Source: Halalkalibacterium halodurans
GTDB lineage: Bacteria; Bacillota; Bacilli; Bacillales; Bacillaceae_D
Direction: 5' to 3'
DNA length: 32,000 nucleotides
Assembly (NCBI RefSeq): GCF_004376175.1
Contig: NZ_SNUY01000004.1
Coordinates: forward strand, 65,264 to 97,263
Shown: positions 23,189 to 32,000 of the stretch, piece by piece
Layout: the number at the start of each line of letters is the position of its first letter
How positions within the stretch are numbered: position 1 is the stretch's first letter
The notes under the pieces: generated by a model
Database searches by the model: none
Seen by the model: only the letters and a program-made list of their open reading frames with translations
What the model was told of the DNA's origin: nothing
Made by a program: the position numbers and the translations under genes

Positions 23189-24365
23189 ATTTTTCAGCTA
23201 TGGCAGGGAGGGGATGGAACGATTTTTTGTAGACGAAATGATAGACGGTCATACCTAACGCTCCAATGAAAGCTGAAAGGGCAAGATAGGAATAGAGTGT
23301 CGGGATACTGAATGCTTGAATCATCCAACCGCCGAATAACGAGCCAAAAATTCCAGAGAGCCCAAAGGTTGTCGAGATAAACAGCACATGCCCTGTCGCT
23401 TGTAAATGCTTCGGAATCAAATGGCTTACAAAGGCAAAGGCCGCCACGTAAAACACCCCAAAGGTCATGCCATGTAACGTTTGTAACGGCAAAAGCAGCC
23501 ACGGTACAGCGACCATGCTCACGAGCCACCAACGGACTCCGTAGAAAACAGCTGCAAAAATGACAAATCCGATCGGGGAAAATTTTCGAAACCATAAAGT
23601 ACTCGTGGCAAGAACAGCCGCTTCGGTAGCAACCCCGATAAACCATGCCCAGCCTATGTATGATTCAGGCCCGCCTAATTCGACAATATAGATGCTGAGA
23701 AAGATATCATTGGTCCGGTGGGTAACCGTAATAAACACGATACATACTAAGAAAAAGAAAATTTTCGGATCAATCGCAAGTTTCAAAGCACTTAATAAGG
23801 TGACTGGCTTTGTTGTATCTGAAAAATCCTCCAAGCCAAACGATAACCATAGCGAGATAACCGTGACGACAAGCAATGGCACCATAATATATGTCACCCC
23901 GATGGCAGCTAAAATATAGCCTACAGCGAGGGACGTAAAACCAAACCCGAGCGAGCCCCACATGCGAATTTTTCCAAAAGAGAGACGCCTGTTGATCGCT
24001 GTTTTTTGCGCAAGACTATCACCTAGTGCCGTCGTTGGCGACAAAAACAAAAACAGAACAAACATCATAATAAAATAACCAGCAAAGCTGGCAGCACCCA
24101 TAAAAGCAAAAACGGCCACGATCATCCCAATTAGGGCAATTTGAAGCATTCGTTTGATCGATTTATATTTATCGCTTAAAAAGCCCCACGTCGGCTGGGC
24201 TAAGATCATAGCGAAAGGCCCCACCGCCATAAGCACTCCAATTTCCCCTGCCGTAAGTCCGACAGCTGAAAAATAAACGGGTAAGTAGCTCGTGACAATG
24301 GTCATCGACGAATAAGCAAAAAATAAATAGGCCATAAGCCGATAGACCGACTGAACACGTATCAT
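23187..24365 (-). CDS. MFS transporter (MFS_1_like / HcaT-like, 12 TM)
   Basis: 392 aa, uniformly hydrophobic, with an N-terminus typical of this MFS subgroup (YLPVYFSAVGLTAGEIG). SD AAGAGGAG. It starts 38 nt downstream of the ykuI-like gene. Confidence 0.8.
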   Translation of the reverse strand: MIRVQSVYRLMAYLFFAYSSMTIVTSYLPVYFSAVGLTAGEIGVLMAVGPFAMILAQPTWGFLSDKYKSIKRMLQIALIGMIVAVFAFMGAASFAGYFIMMFVLFLFLSPTTALGDSLAQKTAINRRLSFGKIRMWGSLGFGFTSLAVGYILAAIGVTYIMVPLLVVTVISLWLSFGLEDFSDTTKPVTLLSALKLAIDPKIFFFLVCIVFITVTHRTNDIFLSIYIVELGGPESYIGWAWFIGVATEAAVLATSTLWFRKFSPIGFVIFAAVFYGVRWWLVSMVAVPWLLLPLQTLHGMTFGVFYVAAFAFVSHLIPKHLQATGHVLFISTTFGLSGIFGSLFGGWMIQAFSIPTLYSYLALSAFIGALGMTVYHFVYKKSFHPLPAIAEK

Positions 24366-24403
24366 AATTTCTCCTCTTTTCTACTGATAGCCGATCTCGC
24401 TTT

Positions 24404-25621
24404 TTAAATCAAGCCATCTTGTTCAAACAAATATTGGTATGGAATATCTAAATACACATAGAGATTGTCTTTGATTGGGTATGCATACGTACGAATTCGT
24501 TCATCCCGTTGAATATCCGTATAAAGATCGGACAAAATGCCTCTCTTTTCATAGTTCATCCTTACGATGTTCTCCAGAAAATAGGGACGCCAGCTCCAGT
24601 TTTTATACCGACCTTCCCCCCGTAGCTTCCATTCACCGTTTTCATCTTTTTCGGCATTGGAGGATTGCTGGAATCCATCTCCATCCGTAATGTACACTCG
24701 AAAGGCAAACTCATCACAATCTTGAGCAATCGCCAGCACCATCTCATCATACGAGGTCATATGTTCAATTCGTTTTAACGTTATCCTTAACTGTTGATTC
24801 GCTTTCTCCGTTAACTGAAGCTGGGCCTCCATTTTTTTTCGCTCGTAAACAATGAAATGATGAAAGTCCTTTTGTAGTTTCTCTTTGCACAGCTCTCGGT
24901 CGACGAATGTCTCTCTTGGTGGCGCTAAATACAAGCCTTGATAGTAACGCCCACCGTTACGCCACGCATAGTTTAGTTGATTAAACTGCGAGATTCCCTC
25001 AAACAGCAAAGTGGCTCCAATTTTTCGCGTAAGCATGGATAATGAATGATGCACTTCCTGATACATTTGCGAAAAAGCCTCTTCATGAAACCGTTCTAAG
25101 TTAACCTTTACGATATTCGGTTTTAATAGAGCGAGCCGATCTAAGTTCGTTTCAGACAAACCGACATCATCGATACTCATTCGAATTCCTAAGCTTTGAA
25201 AATACATAAACACATGTTTTAAATCGTCTAGGTGGCCGTCGAGTTGCTCTTCTTTAATTCCGATGATCACTTTCGTCAAATCTAGGCCTTGCTCTTGATA
25301 AAATTCGAGTCTTTTTAATACGTTTTCCCCGTTTGTTTTAGCCAGCAGCACTCCATTATATTTCAAACAAAGAATGAGATGATCATCACCAGCTAAATAA
25401 TGCTCCAAGGCTAGCGTCTGTACATGATCTTCTAGCTCTAGCCTATACTCGTCTGGGATGGAAGCGTCATGAAAAAACCAGCCAAGGCTTTCCTCTCCCT
25501 CACTTCCCTCATAACGGGCCAACACATCATAAGCGACAACCATTTGGTTATCTGCACTTACGATTGGTTGATAGTAAGGCAACACTTTCGATTTGTTCAT
25601 AAACACGTCTAACGGGTCCAT
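24404..25621 (-). CDS. ykuI: YkuI-like protein: degenerate EAL domain plus C-terminal PAS-like YkuI_C domain
   Basis: Collinear with B. subtilis YkuI (DPLD...LPYYQPI...; C-terminal KNWSWRPYFLENI...SDLY...YLFEQDGLI). The track ORF is trimmed to the ATG at 25621 (MDPLDVF). Confidence 0.85.
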   Translation of the reverse strand: MDPLDVFMNKSKVLPYYQPIVSADNQMVVAYDVLARYEGSEGEESLGWFFHDASIPDEYRLELEDHVQTLALEHYLAGDDHLILCLKYNGVLLAKTNGENVLKRLEFYQEQGLDLTKVIIGIKEEQLDGHLDDLKHVFMYFQSLGIRMSIDDVGLSETNLDRLALLKPNIVKVNLERFHEEAFSQMYQEVHHSLSMLTRKIGATLLFEGISQFNQLNYAWRNGGRYYQGLYLAPPRETFVDRELCKEKLQKDFHHFIVYERKKMEAQLQLTEKANQQLRITLKRIEHMTSYDEMVLAIAQDCDEFAFRVYITDGDGFQQSSNAEKDENGEWKLRGEGRYKNWSWRPYFLENIVRMNYEKRGILSDLYTDIQRDERIRTYAYPIKDNLYVYLDIPYQYLFEQDGLI

Positions 25622-25738
25622 CGATGCATACACCTCCTGCGAAAACGAAACAAAAATCAAACGCTAGGAAACACAGTTGTTTCTACTAGTGTTTGACATG
25701 ATGACCTAGCAATCAGCGCTCATATTCCATTCTTATTT

Positions 25739-25747
25739 ATTATAGCA
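25739..25747 (-). promoter_or_regulatory. extended -10 promoter (TGcTATAAT) for the ykuI-like gene
   Basis: The minus strand reads TGCTATAAT. The -35 is poor. It implies a leader of about 110 nt. Confidence 0.45.
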
Positions 25748-25795
25748 TAGCACCTTTAAGAACTTAAGAAAACGAAACAAGCGACCTTGGCGGCC

Positions 25796-26425
25796 TTACT
25801 CTCGATTCTGTGAAATGGTCGGACGATCAAGTGAAAATGTCTCACCATATTTACCGTATTCATTTCCTGCCAACCGGCTAACAGGCCGTAACGCTTCTGT
25901 ATCAATTCCACCGTCTTGAAATAGGTCATCTGCTACTTCATAATGGACGACCCGACCAATCAAAAAATCAGCAGCAGGTTCGCCGCCTTTCCCGCCGATC
26001 GGGATAACACTCTCCACTTTACATTCGAGACGAATACGACTCTCTGCTAAAGAGGGGACGCTCACGACCTCACTAGGGACTTCTGTTAATCCTGCATATT
26101 CAACCTCGCTTTCCTCCGGAGGAAGAGGAATCGAACTCACATTCACCGCTTCAACGTTCTGTTCATCGACGACATGCACGACAAATTCACCTATTTCTTG
26201 GCCATTTCGCGCTGTGTCTTTTGGTGTCCCATCTGGCTTACGACCGACTGAAATGCCAATGAGGGGCGGTTCGGCGGTCAATACATTATAAAAGCTAAAT
26301 GGCGCAGCGTTTACGACTCCCGCTTTACTTTTCGTCGTCACGAACGCAATCGGCCGGGGTAGAACAGCACCAATGAGCAACCGATAATTTTCTTTTCTGC
26401 TTAACGAATCAGGATTTAACTTCAT
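25796..26425 (-). CDS. flavin reductase-like (FMN-binding split-barrel) protein
   Basis: LIGAVLPRPIAFVTT...VNAAPFSFYN motif. The start is set to the ATG at 26425, 6 nt after GAGGTG. The track start at 26434 is a GTG inside the SD. Confidence 0.8.
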   Translation of the reverse strand: MKLNPDSLSRKENYRLLIGAVLPRPIAFVTTKSKAGVVNAAPFSFYNVLTAEPPLIGISVGRKPDGTPKDTARNGQEIGEFVVHVVDEQNVEAVNVSSIPLPPEESEVEYAGLTEVPSEVVSVPSLAESRIRLECKVESVIPIGGKGGEPAADFLIGRVVHYEVADDLFQDGGIDTEALRPVSRLAGNEYGKYGETFSLDRPTISQNRE

Positions 26426-26454
26426 CAACATCACCTCGCTTTCATGCTATCAAA

Positions 26455-27312
26455 TCATGAGAAAAAAGAAAACTGGCGACGTTTGCGAATAAATCGATCG
26501 ATCGCCTTCATGATCTCTTTCGGTCGTTCCTCGGGTAAAAGGTGACCTGTGTTTTTATAGACGATCAACGATGCGTTTGGCAAATCACTTGCTAACCGCT
26601 GACCAATTTTTACAGGTATGACGCGATCTTGCTCTCCCCATAACAGTAGAACGGGATGATGAATTTTACGTAACTCTTCCTTTGGCAAATCACCTTCCCG
26701 TTGGCGCATTAAACAGAGGAGCGCATCATAAAACGTCTCATCAGCTAACGGCAACCGGTACATTTCCACCGCTTCATTGTTCACAATCCCCTTATTATAA
26801 ACGACTTGCTGCAATGCTTTCGTTACATCTTGCCTTTGGACGTACCATTTGACCATTTGACGTAAGAATGGGATATAAGACAAAAAATAAAATGGGCGCT
26901 TCACTCGCTGCAAATACCCTGAACTTGATAACAAAACGAGCCGCTTCACTAGATGGGGCTTCCATTTCGTCACATAAAGAGCCACCTGTCCTCCCATCGA
27001 ATGACCAACAAACGTCACCTTCGAAACATTGAGCTTTCTCATTAGAGCCACCATAAGCTCTGCATAGCATTGAAATGAGTAGGTAAACGTGCGCCCTTTC
27101 CCACTACGTCCAAAGCCAGGTAAATCAACAGAGATTACCCTTCCCCGTTTCGCTAATAACGGCATAAGCTTTCGATAACTGTAAGTAGAAGAGACAAAAC
27201 CGTGAATCAAAAAAAAGGTTTCTGTCGATTGATTTGATGGAATTTCTGCTACATAGACTTCCGTCCCGTTCACGTAATAGGTTGTTTCCGTCATTAGTCC
27301 GCGTCTGCCCAT
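26455..27312 (-). CDS. alpha/beta-fold hydrolase
   Basis: HGFVSS oxyanion region, GHSMGG nucleophile elbow and a C-terminal GHLLPEE His motif. SD AAAGGAGAAGG. Confidence 0.85.
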   Translation of the reverse strand: MGRRGLMTETTYYVNGTEVYVAEIPSNQSTETFFLIHGFVSSTYSYRKLMPLLAKRGRVISVDLPGFGRSGKGRTFTYSFQCYAELMVALMRKLNVSKVTFVGHSMGGQVALYVTKWKPHLVKRLVLLSSSGYLQRVKRPFYFLSYIPFLRQMVKWYVQRQDVTKALQQVVYNKGIVNNEAVEMYRLPLADETFYDALLCLMRQREGDLPKEELRKIHHPVLLLWGEQDRVIPVKIGQRLASDLPNASLIVYKNTGHLLPEERPKEIMKAIDRFIRKRRQFSFFS

Positions 27313-27433
27313 TTGCCTTCTCCTTTACAATCGAACGATCCTGCATCCTATCCTGTATTCTTAATGTCTACGTTCTGAAAAATTCCATTCATGAAAATAG
27401 CATCTTTTTTCAAATTATGGAAGAGAGCGCATT

Positions 27434-27462
27434 TAAAAAAACGAACGGGAGATTCCGCTCGT
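27434..27462 (-). terminator. rho-independent terminator of metA
   Basis: Minus strand: ACGAGCGG-aatctc-CCGTTCGT (8 bp, one G-U), followed by T7, starting within the stop codon. Confidence 0.8.
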
Positions 27463-28373
27463 CATCTGGATAAATCGTAAGGGGTTTCTTGATATACGTA
27501 GTAGTTTAGCCAATTGGAAAACAGCAAGTATGAATGGGCTCTCCAGCGCAGTAATGGCTTTTTAGTGGCATCGTCATTTGGAAAATAGTTTTCCGGCACT
27601 TGAATGTTCAACCCACGCGCCCGATCTCGCTCATACTCTTGCTGCAACGTACAGGCATCATATTCCGAATGACCTGTGACAAAGATCTGTTTTCCATCCT
27701 TCGAAGCCACAATATATACGCCTGCCTGCTCTGATTCGCTTAAAATTTCAAGGTCGGGATGGGCTTCGATCTGCGCTTTGTTAATATCGGTATGCCGAGA
27801 ATGGGGAACGTAAAATTCATCGTCAAATCCTCTTAACAATTTCACGTTCGGTACATTTATTTTATGTGGATATACCCCAAATTGTTTTTCTGGTAATGGA
27901 ACCTTTTCAACGCCATAATGATAGAAGAGGCCAGCCTGTGCACCCCAACAAATGTGAAGCGTTGACGTGACATTCGTCTTGCTCCATTCCATGATTTGCT
28001 TTAATTCATTCCAGTAATCCACTTCATCATATGGGAGTGTTTCAATTGGAGCACCCGTTATGATCATTCCATCAAACTTCTTCTGTTTGACCTCGTCAAT
28101 CGTCTGATAAAAAGTTTGCAAATGATCATAGGATGTATTTTTGGAAATATGGGTATCTGTATACATAAATGAAACTTCCACTTGCAATGGTGTATTTCCT
28201 AAAAGACGCAGCAGTTGTGTTTCCGTTGTTTGTTTAATCGGCATTAAATTTAAAATGACGATCTTCAGCGGCCTGATATCTTGTGAATACGCACGACTTT
28301 CAGCCATCACGAAGATGTTTTCTTTTGTTAAAATTTCTTTCGCTGGAAGGTTGTCTGGGATTTTAATTGGCAT
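27462..28373 (-). CDS. metA: homoserine O-acyltransferase MetA (MetAA-type)
   Basis: [11 protein letters not shown]...[13 protein letters not shown]...HICWGAQAG is collinear with MetA. Confidence 0.92.
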   Translation of the reverse strand: MPIKIPDNLPAKEILTKENIFVMAESRAYSQDIRPLKIVILNLMPIKQTTETQLLRLLGNTPLQVEVSFMYTDTHISKNTSYDHLQTFYQTIDEVKQKKFDGMIITGAPIETLPYDEVDYWNELKQIMEWSKTNVTSTLHICWGAQAGLFYHYGVEKVPLPEKQFGVYPHKINVPNVKLLRGFDDEFYVPHSRHTDINKAQIEAHPDLEILSESEQAGVYIVASKDGKQIFVTGHSEYDACTLQQEYERDRARGLNIQVPENYFPNDDATKKPLLRWRAHSYLLFSNWLNYYVYQETPYDLSR

Positions 28374-28494
28374 GATGTTCTCCTACTCCTTTACGTTTAT
28401 CTTTTTTTGTATGTATATATAGTACCCTTCCCTTTTAACTAATAAAATTACCACGAAATAAGAAAATTCGCAATGATCAAACGGAGGTATTTTC

Positions 28495-29169
28495 ATGAAA
28501 GTGCAAATCGAATGGATCTATAAACACCCGAATCGTTCAATCACCCATCCATTTACAAGCGGGGACATGAGCCTTACAGAAGCACTCCAAGTCGCTGACG
28601 ATCTGGAGCGAACGGGGCGAGTAAAATCGTTAACGTTCCGAGATCATAAAGGGGTGACCTGGTCAAAGAAAGAGCTACTCCGTTTAACAGAAGAAAAGTC
28701 GACCACCGCTCATAACATTCGTTGTTACTGTGATGGTGGTTATGATCGTGAGACCGGCTTGGCCGGCATTGGGATTGTCATTTATTATGCACAAAATGGA
28801 AAAGAATTTCGGATCCGGGAAAATCAAGTGCTACAGCAGATCCAAGACAACAATGAAGCAGAGTACGCTGCACTTCTTGCTCTCTTCCAGCGCCTTCAAG
28901 CGTTAGACGTTCGTCACGAGGATGTCACCATCTACCTTGATTCATTAGTCGTGCAAAAACAAGCATCTGAGGAATGGCCTGTGTATGAAATGCATTATCA
29001 TACATGGCTTGACCGGATGGAGCAAATCATTTCATCCCTCCATTTGAATGTTCGCTACGAGCTCATTTCAAGGGAGAATAATCAAGAGGCCGATCGATTG
29101 GCGACGCAAGCGTTAGAAGGGACTATGGTGAATAGCCATGCGCAAAAAGAAGGCCAGCATTATAAATGA
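28495..29169 (+). CDS. RNase H-like (RVT_3/RNase HI fold) protein with ~75-aa N-terminal extension (YpeP-like)
   Basis: DEDD-type residues are visible: CYCDGG, NNEAEYAAL, YLDSLVV, NQEADRLA. SD ACGGAGG. Confidence 0.7.
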   Translation: MKVQIEWIYKHPNRSITHPFTSGDMSLTEALQVADDLERTGRVKSLTFRDHKGVTWSKKELLRLTEEKSTTAHNIRCYCDGGYDRETGLAGIGIVIYYAQNGKEFRIRENQVLQQIQDNNEAEYAALLALFQRLQALDVRHEDVTIYLDSLVVQKQASEEWPVYEMHYHTWLDRMEQIISSLHLNVRYELISRENNQEADRLATQALEGTMVNSHAQKEGQHYK

Positions 29170-29305
29170 TGACCTTTTATCGATTAGAAATTTCGTTGCC
29201 TATTTAATCGAATAGGAAAAACTGCGCTTTCCGCCAAATCATCCTATAGCGAAAGCCAGTGTTTCTTATCCTTTTGCCCTTTATAGTTAATTGACTTTAA
29301 GTGAC

Positions 29306-29339
29306 AAAAGACGAGGAGCGATTACGCCCTCGTCTTTTT
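29306..29339. terminator. bidirectional terminator between the RNase H-like gene and the PHP gene
   Basis: AGACGAGG (29309-29316) pairs with CCTCGTCT (29328-29335). It is flanked by A4 and T4-5. It overlaps the last codons of the PHP gene. Confidence 0.65.
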
Positions 29340-30194
29340 ACGTTCCAAATCGTGCAAAAGTTCATAGGTCAATTGATCAGGTATTCTCGTCGTTCCAAGA
29401 GGGGCTGCCGTCCGGCCATATGATTCATGATGGAAATCCGAACCTCCTGTACGTAGCAGCCTTCTCCCCGTTTCCGCTTCCATCCTCTTACATAGCTGTT
29501 CATAGTGTGCGACTACTTCGCGAGAATGATCCCTGTGATACACTTCGATTCCGTCTAATCCATACTCTCTCACCCAGCCGATCAACTGATCATCCAAATC
29601 GTAATAGCCAGGATGAGCTACTATGGCCACACCACCTGCTTGGTGGATCCATGCAATCGCCTGTTCGACGGAAATGTATTCTTGCCTTTTAACATAGCAA
29701 GGTCGTCCCTCTGCTAAATAGTGCTCGAACGCCTCCTGAACTGAACGGACATAGCCTTTGTCCATCAACGCTTTAGCCACATGTGGGCGACCGATCGCCC
29801 CTCCATCCGCGTAACGAAGGACGGCGTCTTGTTCAAGGGGGACGCCGGCCGCTTTTAGCTTCAGTAAGATCTGTTCTAATCGTTGTTTTCGAATGTCCTG
29901 CTGCCGATCCAGCCTTCGCTTTAACGTATCGTTTTTCCAATCGATCCCATAACCTAGCATGTGAACACTCTGACCCGACGACTTCGTTGATAGTTCAATT
30001 CCGGGAATCAAGGTTAAGCCAAGCCTGTGAGCTGTCTGCTTGGCTTCTTCAATCCCATTGACTGTGTCGTGATCGGTTAGCGCAACAAATTTGAGGTTCG
30101 CTTGATGGCATTTCTCCATTAATTTCGTAGGGGAATATCCCCCGTCGGAGGCGGTCGAATGCATGTGCAGGTCGCTGTTTCTGGAAAGGCTCAT
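29322..30194 (-). CDS. PHP-domain metal-dependent phosphoesterase (TrpH/YciV-like)
   Basis: DLHMHSTASDG, ALTDHDT and AHPG motifs. Confidence 0.85.
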   Translation of the reverse strand: MSLSRNSDLHMHSTASDGGYSPTKLMEKCHQANLKFVALTDHDTVNGIEEAKQTAHRLGLTLIPGIELSTKSSGQSVHMLGYGIDWKNDTLKRRLDRQQDIRKQRLEQILLKLKAAGVPLEQDAVLRYADGGAIGRPHVAKALMDKGYVRSVQEAFEHYLAEGRPCYVKRQEYISVEQAIAWIHQAGGVAIVAHPGYYDLDDQLIGWVREYGLDGIEVYHRDHSREVVAHYEQLCKRMEAETGRRLLRTGGSDFHHESYGRTAAPLGTTRIPDQLTYELLHDLERKKTRA

Positions 30195-30205
30195 CTTCCA
30201 TCTCC

Positions 30206-30688
30206 TTATGAATCAATCGTAATCTCCCATGATACTTGTCCCGTGCGAAGATGATCTGTGTAAATAAGCTCATAGCTCGTGTCCACAGGTACTTTAAAGG
30301 CAATTTCGCCACGATTCTTTCGATCAGGATGAAGCTGTCCACCTAGGATACCCTTTGTTTCAACATTTGACGCATGAGGATGAGCATACCCTTCGGAATC
30401 TACGAGCGTAAATTTATACAAAGCGAATTCTTTTACTTCGTTGCTCGTATTTTCAACGGTTAGATCAATGATCACTAGCTGCATATCCTCTTCATCTGCT
30501 AGGTCTTCCACTCTCGCTTCATTTAACGAGATTTTTAGATCGTTTACTTCCTCCACATGCGAAGAACTGGCTGAAGCCAAAGCACTGTCTGATCCTTGAA
30601 CCTCTATCGGTTTATCGGAACGTGTAAAAGCAATCACGCCTACTAGAACAGCAAATAGAATCGCTAAAATGGCAAGCTTTCCTTTCAT
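30206..30688 (-). CDS. membrane-anchored DUF4352-like (Ig-like) protein
   Basis: N-terminal TM helix, then VIIDLTVENTSNEVKEF...FTLVDSEGY, typical of DUF4352. The start is set to the ATG at 30688, after the SD AAGGAGTGG. Confidence 0.65.
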   Translation of the reverse strand: MKGKLAILAILFAVLVGVIAFTRSDKPIEVQGSDSALASASSSHVEEVNDLKISLNEARVEDLADEEDMQLVIIDLTVENTSNEVKEFALYKFTLVDSEGYAHPHASNVETKGILGGQLHPDRKNRGEIAFKVPVDTSYELIYTDHLRTGQVSWEITIDS

Positions 30689-30801
30689 ATCGTCCACTCC
30701 TTAACGCTTCTATCTGTCATTGTTTCAACCTGTTTACAAACAGGATCGAACAAGCACTAGTATAACGTTATGAGCGAGCTGTGAGAATCATACCGATTTC
30801 C

Positions 30802-31620
30802 CTATTTCCACCACGAATCAAAAATCGTAACAGGTAACTGCCGCTTATGTTCAGTCGCCAAATATCTTGACTCAATTTTTTTGCGAATGGCATCATGTAC
30901 TTGTTTTCCTTCTAAATAATCGTCTAGTTGCTCATATGTGAGTCCGAGCGCTTCCTCGTCAGGTAAACCAGGACGATCATCTTCTAAATCAGCGGTCGGG
31001 GCCTTTGTATACAAATGGGTCGGGGCACCTAGTTCTTTTAGTAGAGATTTCCCTTGACGTTTCGTTAAACCGAACAAAGGAGCTACGTCGCAAGCACCAT
31101 CTCCATGCTTTGTAAAAAATCCAGTAATCGCTTCGGCCGCATGATCGGTCCCGATCACGAGGCAGCCGTAATGAGCACCTACATCATATTGAGCTTTCAT
31201 TCGCTCTCTCGCCTTCGTATTGCCTTTATTAAAATCGCTTAGCACTTCTCCTGTCGCTTGTTCAAACGACTTAGTTGAAGCGTCAACGGCGTCTTTAATG
31301 TTGACAGTGATCGAGCGGCTTGGCTTGATGAAGGCAATCGCATCCTGTGCATCGGCCTCATCCTTTTGCACACCGTACGGAAGGCGAACGGCAATGAAAA
31401 CATATGAAGTGTCCTGCTCCTCTTCATTTAATTCATCGATCGCCATCTGTGCTAACTTTCCTGCAAGCGTTGAATCTTGCCCACCAGACAGTCCGAGAAC
31501 ATATCCTTTTGCACCACTATGTTTTAAATAGTTTTTGAGGAACGTAACCCGCTTTCGGATTTCTTCCTTCGGTTCTACCATCTGGGAAACGTGAAGTTCC
31601 TTTATTATTTGCTGTTGCAT
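30802..31620 (-). CDS. nadE: ammonia-dependent NAD+ synthetase
   Basis: PP-loop GLSGGQDS. Collinear with B. subtilis NadE, including the C-terminal WWK. Confidence 0.93.
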   Translation of the reverse strand: MQQQIIKELHVSQMVEPKEEIRKRVTFLKNYLKHSGAKGYVLGLSGGQDSTLAGKLAQMAIDELNEEEQDTSYVFIAVRLPYGVQKDEADAQDAIAFIKPSRSITVNIKDAVDASTKSFEQATGEVLSDFNKGNTKARERMKAQYDVGAHYGCLVIGTDHAAEAITGFFTKHGDGACDVAPLFGLTKRQGKSLLKELGAPTHLYTKAPTADLEDDRPGLPDEEALGLTYEQLDDYLEGKQVHDAIRKKIESRYLATEHKRQLPVTIFDSWWK

Positions 31621-31679
31621 AATAACCTCCTACACAAACAATCTGTCCATTCTTATCGTAAATGAGCCGCGGTTTTGAT

Positions 31680-31997
31680 TCAATCAGAATCCTTCGGTTT
31701 AAGCGAAAACTTTGTCAGATGATCTTCCAAACCTTCCTGTAGCAAAATGTCCACTTGCCGTTTCCCTAGTAAATCAAAGTGCGGGAAATCGACCCGATGA
31801 TGGATCCATTCTTGTTTCAGTCCATACTGCTGTCCCCAGCATGTCAGCTTTTTGAGATCACGACACGCTACCTTTGTTACGGTATGGCATTCAGGAAAGC
31901 GGGAATCTAACCAGTAGTGGGTTAAAAACGCAATTTCCCCTCGGCTCGCTTTTTTCTTCCATTCCAGTAATTGTCGTCGATTAATTCCAAATGCCAT
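31680..31997 (-). CDS. conserved Bacillaceae small protein of unknown function (YisB-like by recollection)
   Basis: 105-aa complete ORF containing GEIAFLTHYWLD...FPECHTVTK...WIHH. I saw no catalytic motif. Confidence 0.55.
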   Translation of the reverse strand: MAFGINRRQLLEWKKKASRGEIAFLTHYWLDSRFPECHTVTKVACRDLKKLTCWGQQYGLKQEWIHHRVDFPHFDLLGKRQVDILLQEGLEDHLTKFSLKPKDSD

Positions 31998-32000
31998 CTT

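Noticed and set aside
23194-23961. ORFs 23194-23646 (-), 23692-23919 (+) and 23770-23961 (-) within the MFS gene
   Set aside because: These are off-frame or antisense ORFs inside a continuous 12-TM transporter reading frame.
28374-28494. SAM (S-box) riboswitch upstream of metA
   Set aside because: The leader is only about 120 nt and AT-rich. It lacks the conserved S-box helices and motifs.

Overview
This window looks like a core-chromosome segment of an endospore-forming Bacillaceae. Gene content and protein sequences closely parallel Bacillus subtilis loci (kamA/yod, cheV, ykuI, yppG, metA, nadE). All family calls come from motif recognition by eye and from memory; no database search was possible.

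There are about 35 protein-coding genes, mostly on the minus strand, punctuated by many clean rho-independent terminators. I recognised no rRNA, tRNA, CRISPR array, transposase, integrase or phage gene.

Gene blocks in order:
- msrA, a YjiH-type membrane protein, and small DUF2642-like and HesB-like proteins.
- A frameshifted DoxX gene.
- A beta-lysine locus, with kamA-yokU on the plus strand converging on yodT-yodS-yodR-yodP on the minus strand.
- cheV plus a small Cys-rich ORF.
- An OmpR/histidine-kinase pair preceded by a His-tailed triple-repeat lipoprotein and an 88-aa protein.
- A serine hydrolase, a mini nucleoside-deoxyribosyltransferase-like protein, and an acidic SurA_N lipoprotein.
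- An M19 dipeptidase / orphan ABC ATPase pair.
- An Hsp20-YppG pair and a second HesB-like protein.
- A methyl-accepting chemotaxis protein (MCP).
- A YkuI-like degenerate EAL protein plus an MFS transporter.
- A flavin reductase, an alpha/beta hydrolase and metA.
- An RNase H-like protein, a PHP phosphatase with DUF4352, nadE, and a small conserved protein.

I did not find a convincing novel multi-gene system. There is no defence-island or mobile-element signature.

The most checkable unexplained signals are:
1. A cluster of Rex/Fnr-type TGTGA-N6-TCACA palindromes between the DoxX pseudogene and an unlisted 37-aa ORF upstream of kamA.
2. The rearranged, yodQ-less beta-lysine locus.
3. A long structured spacer between the converging operons.
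4. The lipoprotein/two-component module with an internal terminator.
5. The catalytically degenerate EAL protein with an attenuator-like leader.
6. An orphan strong promoter with phased repeats at the left window edge.
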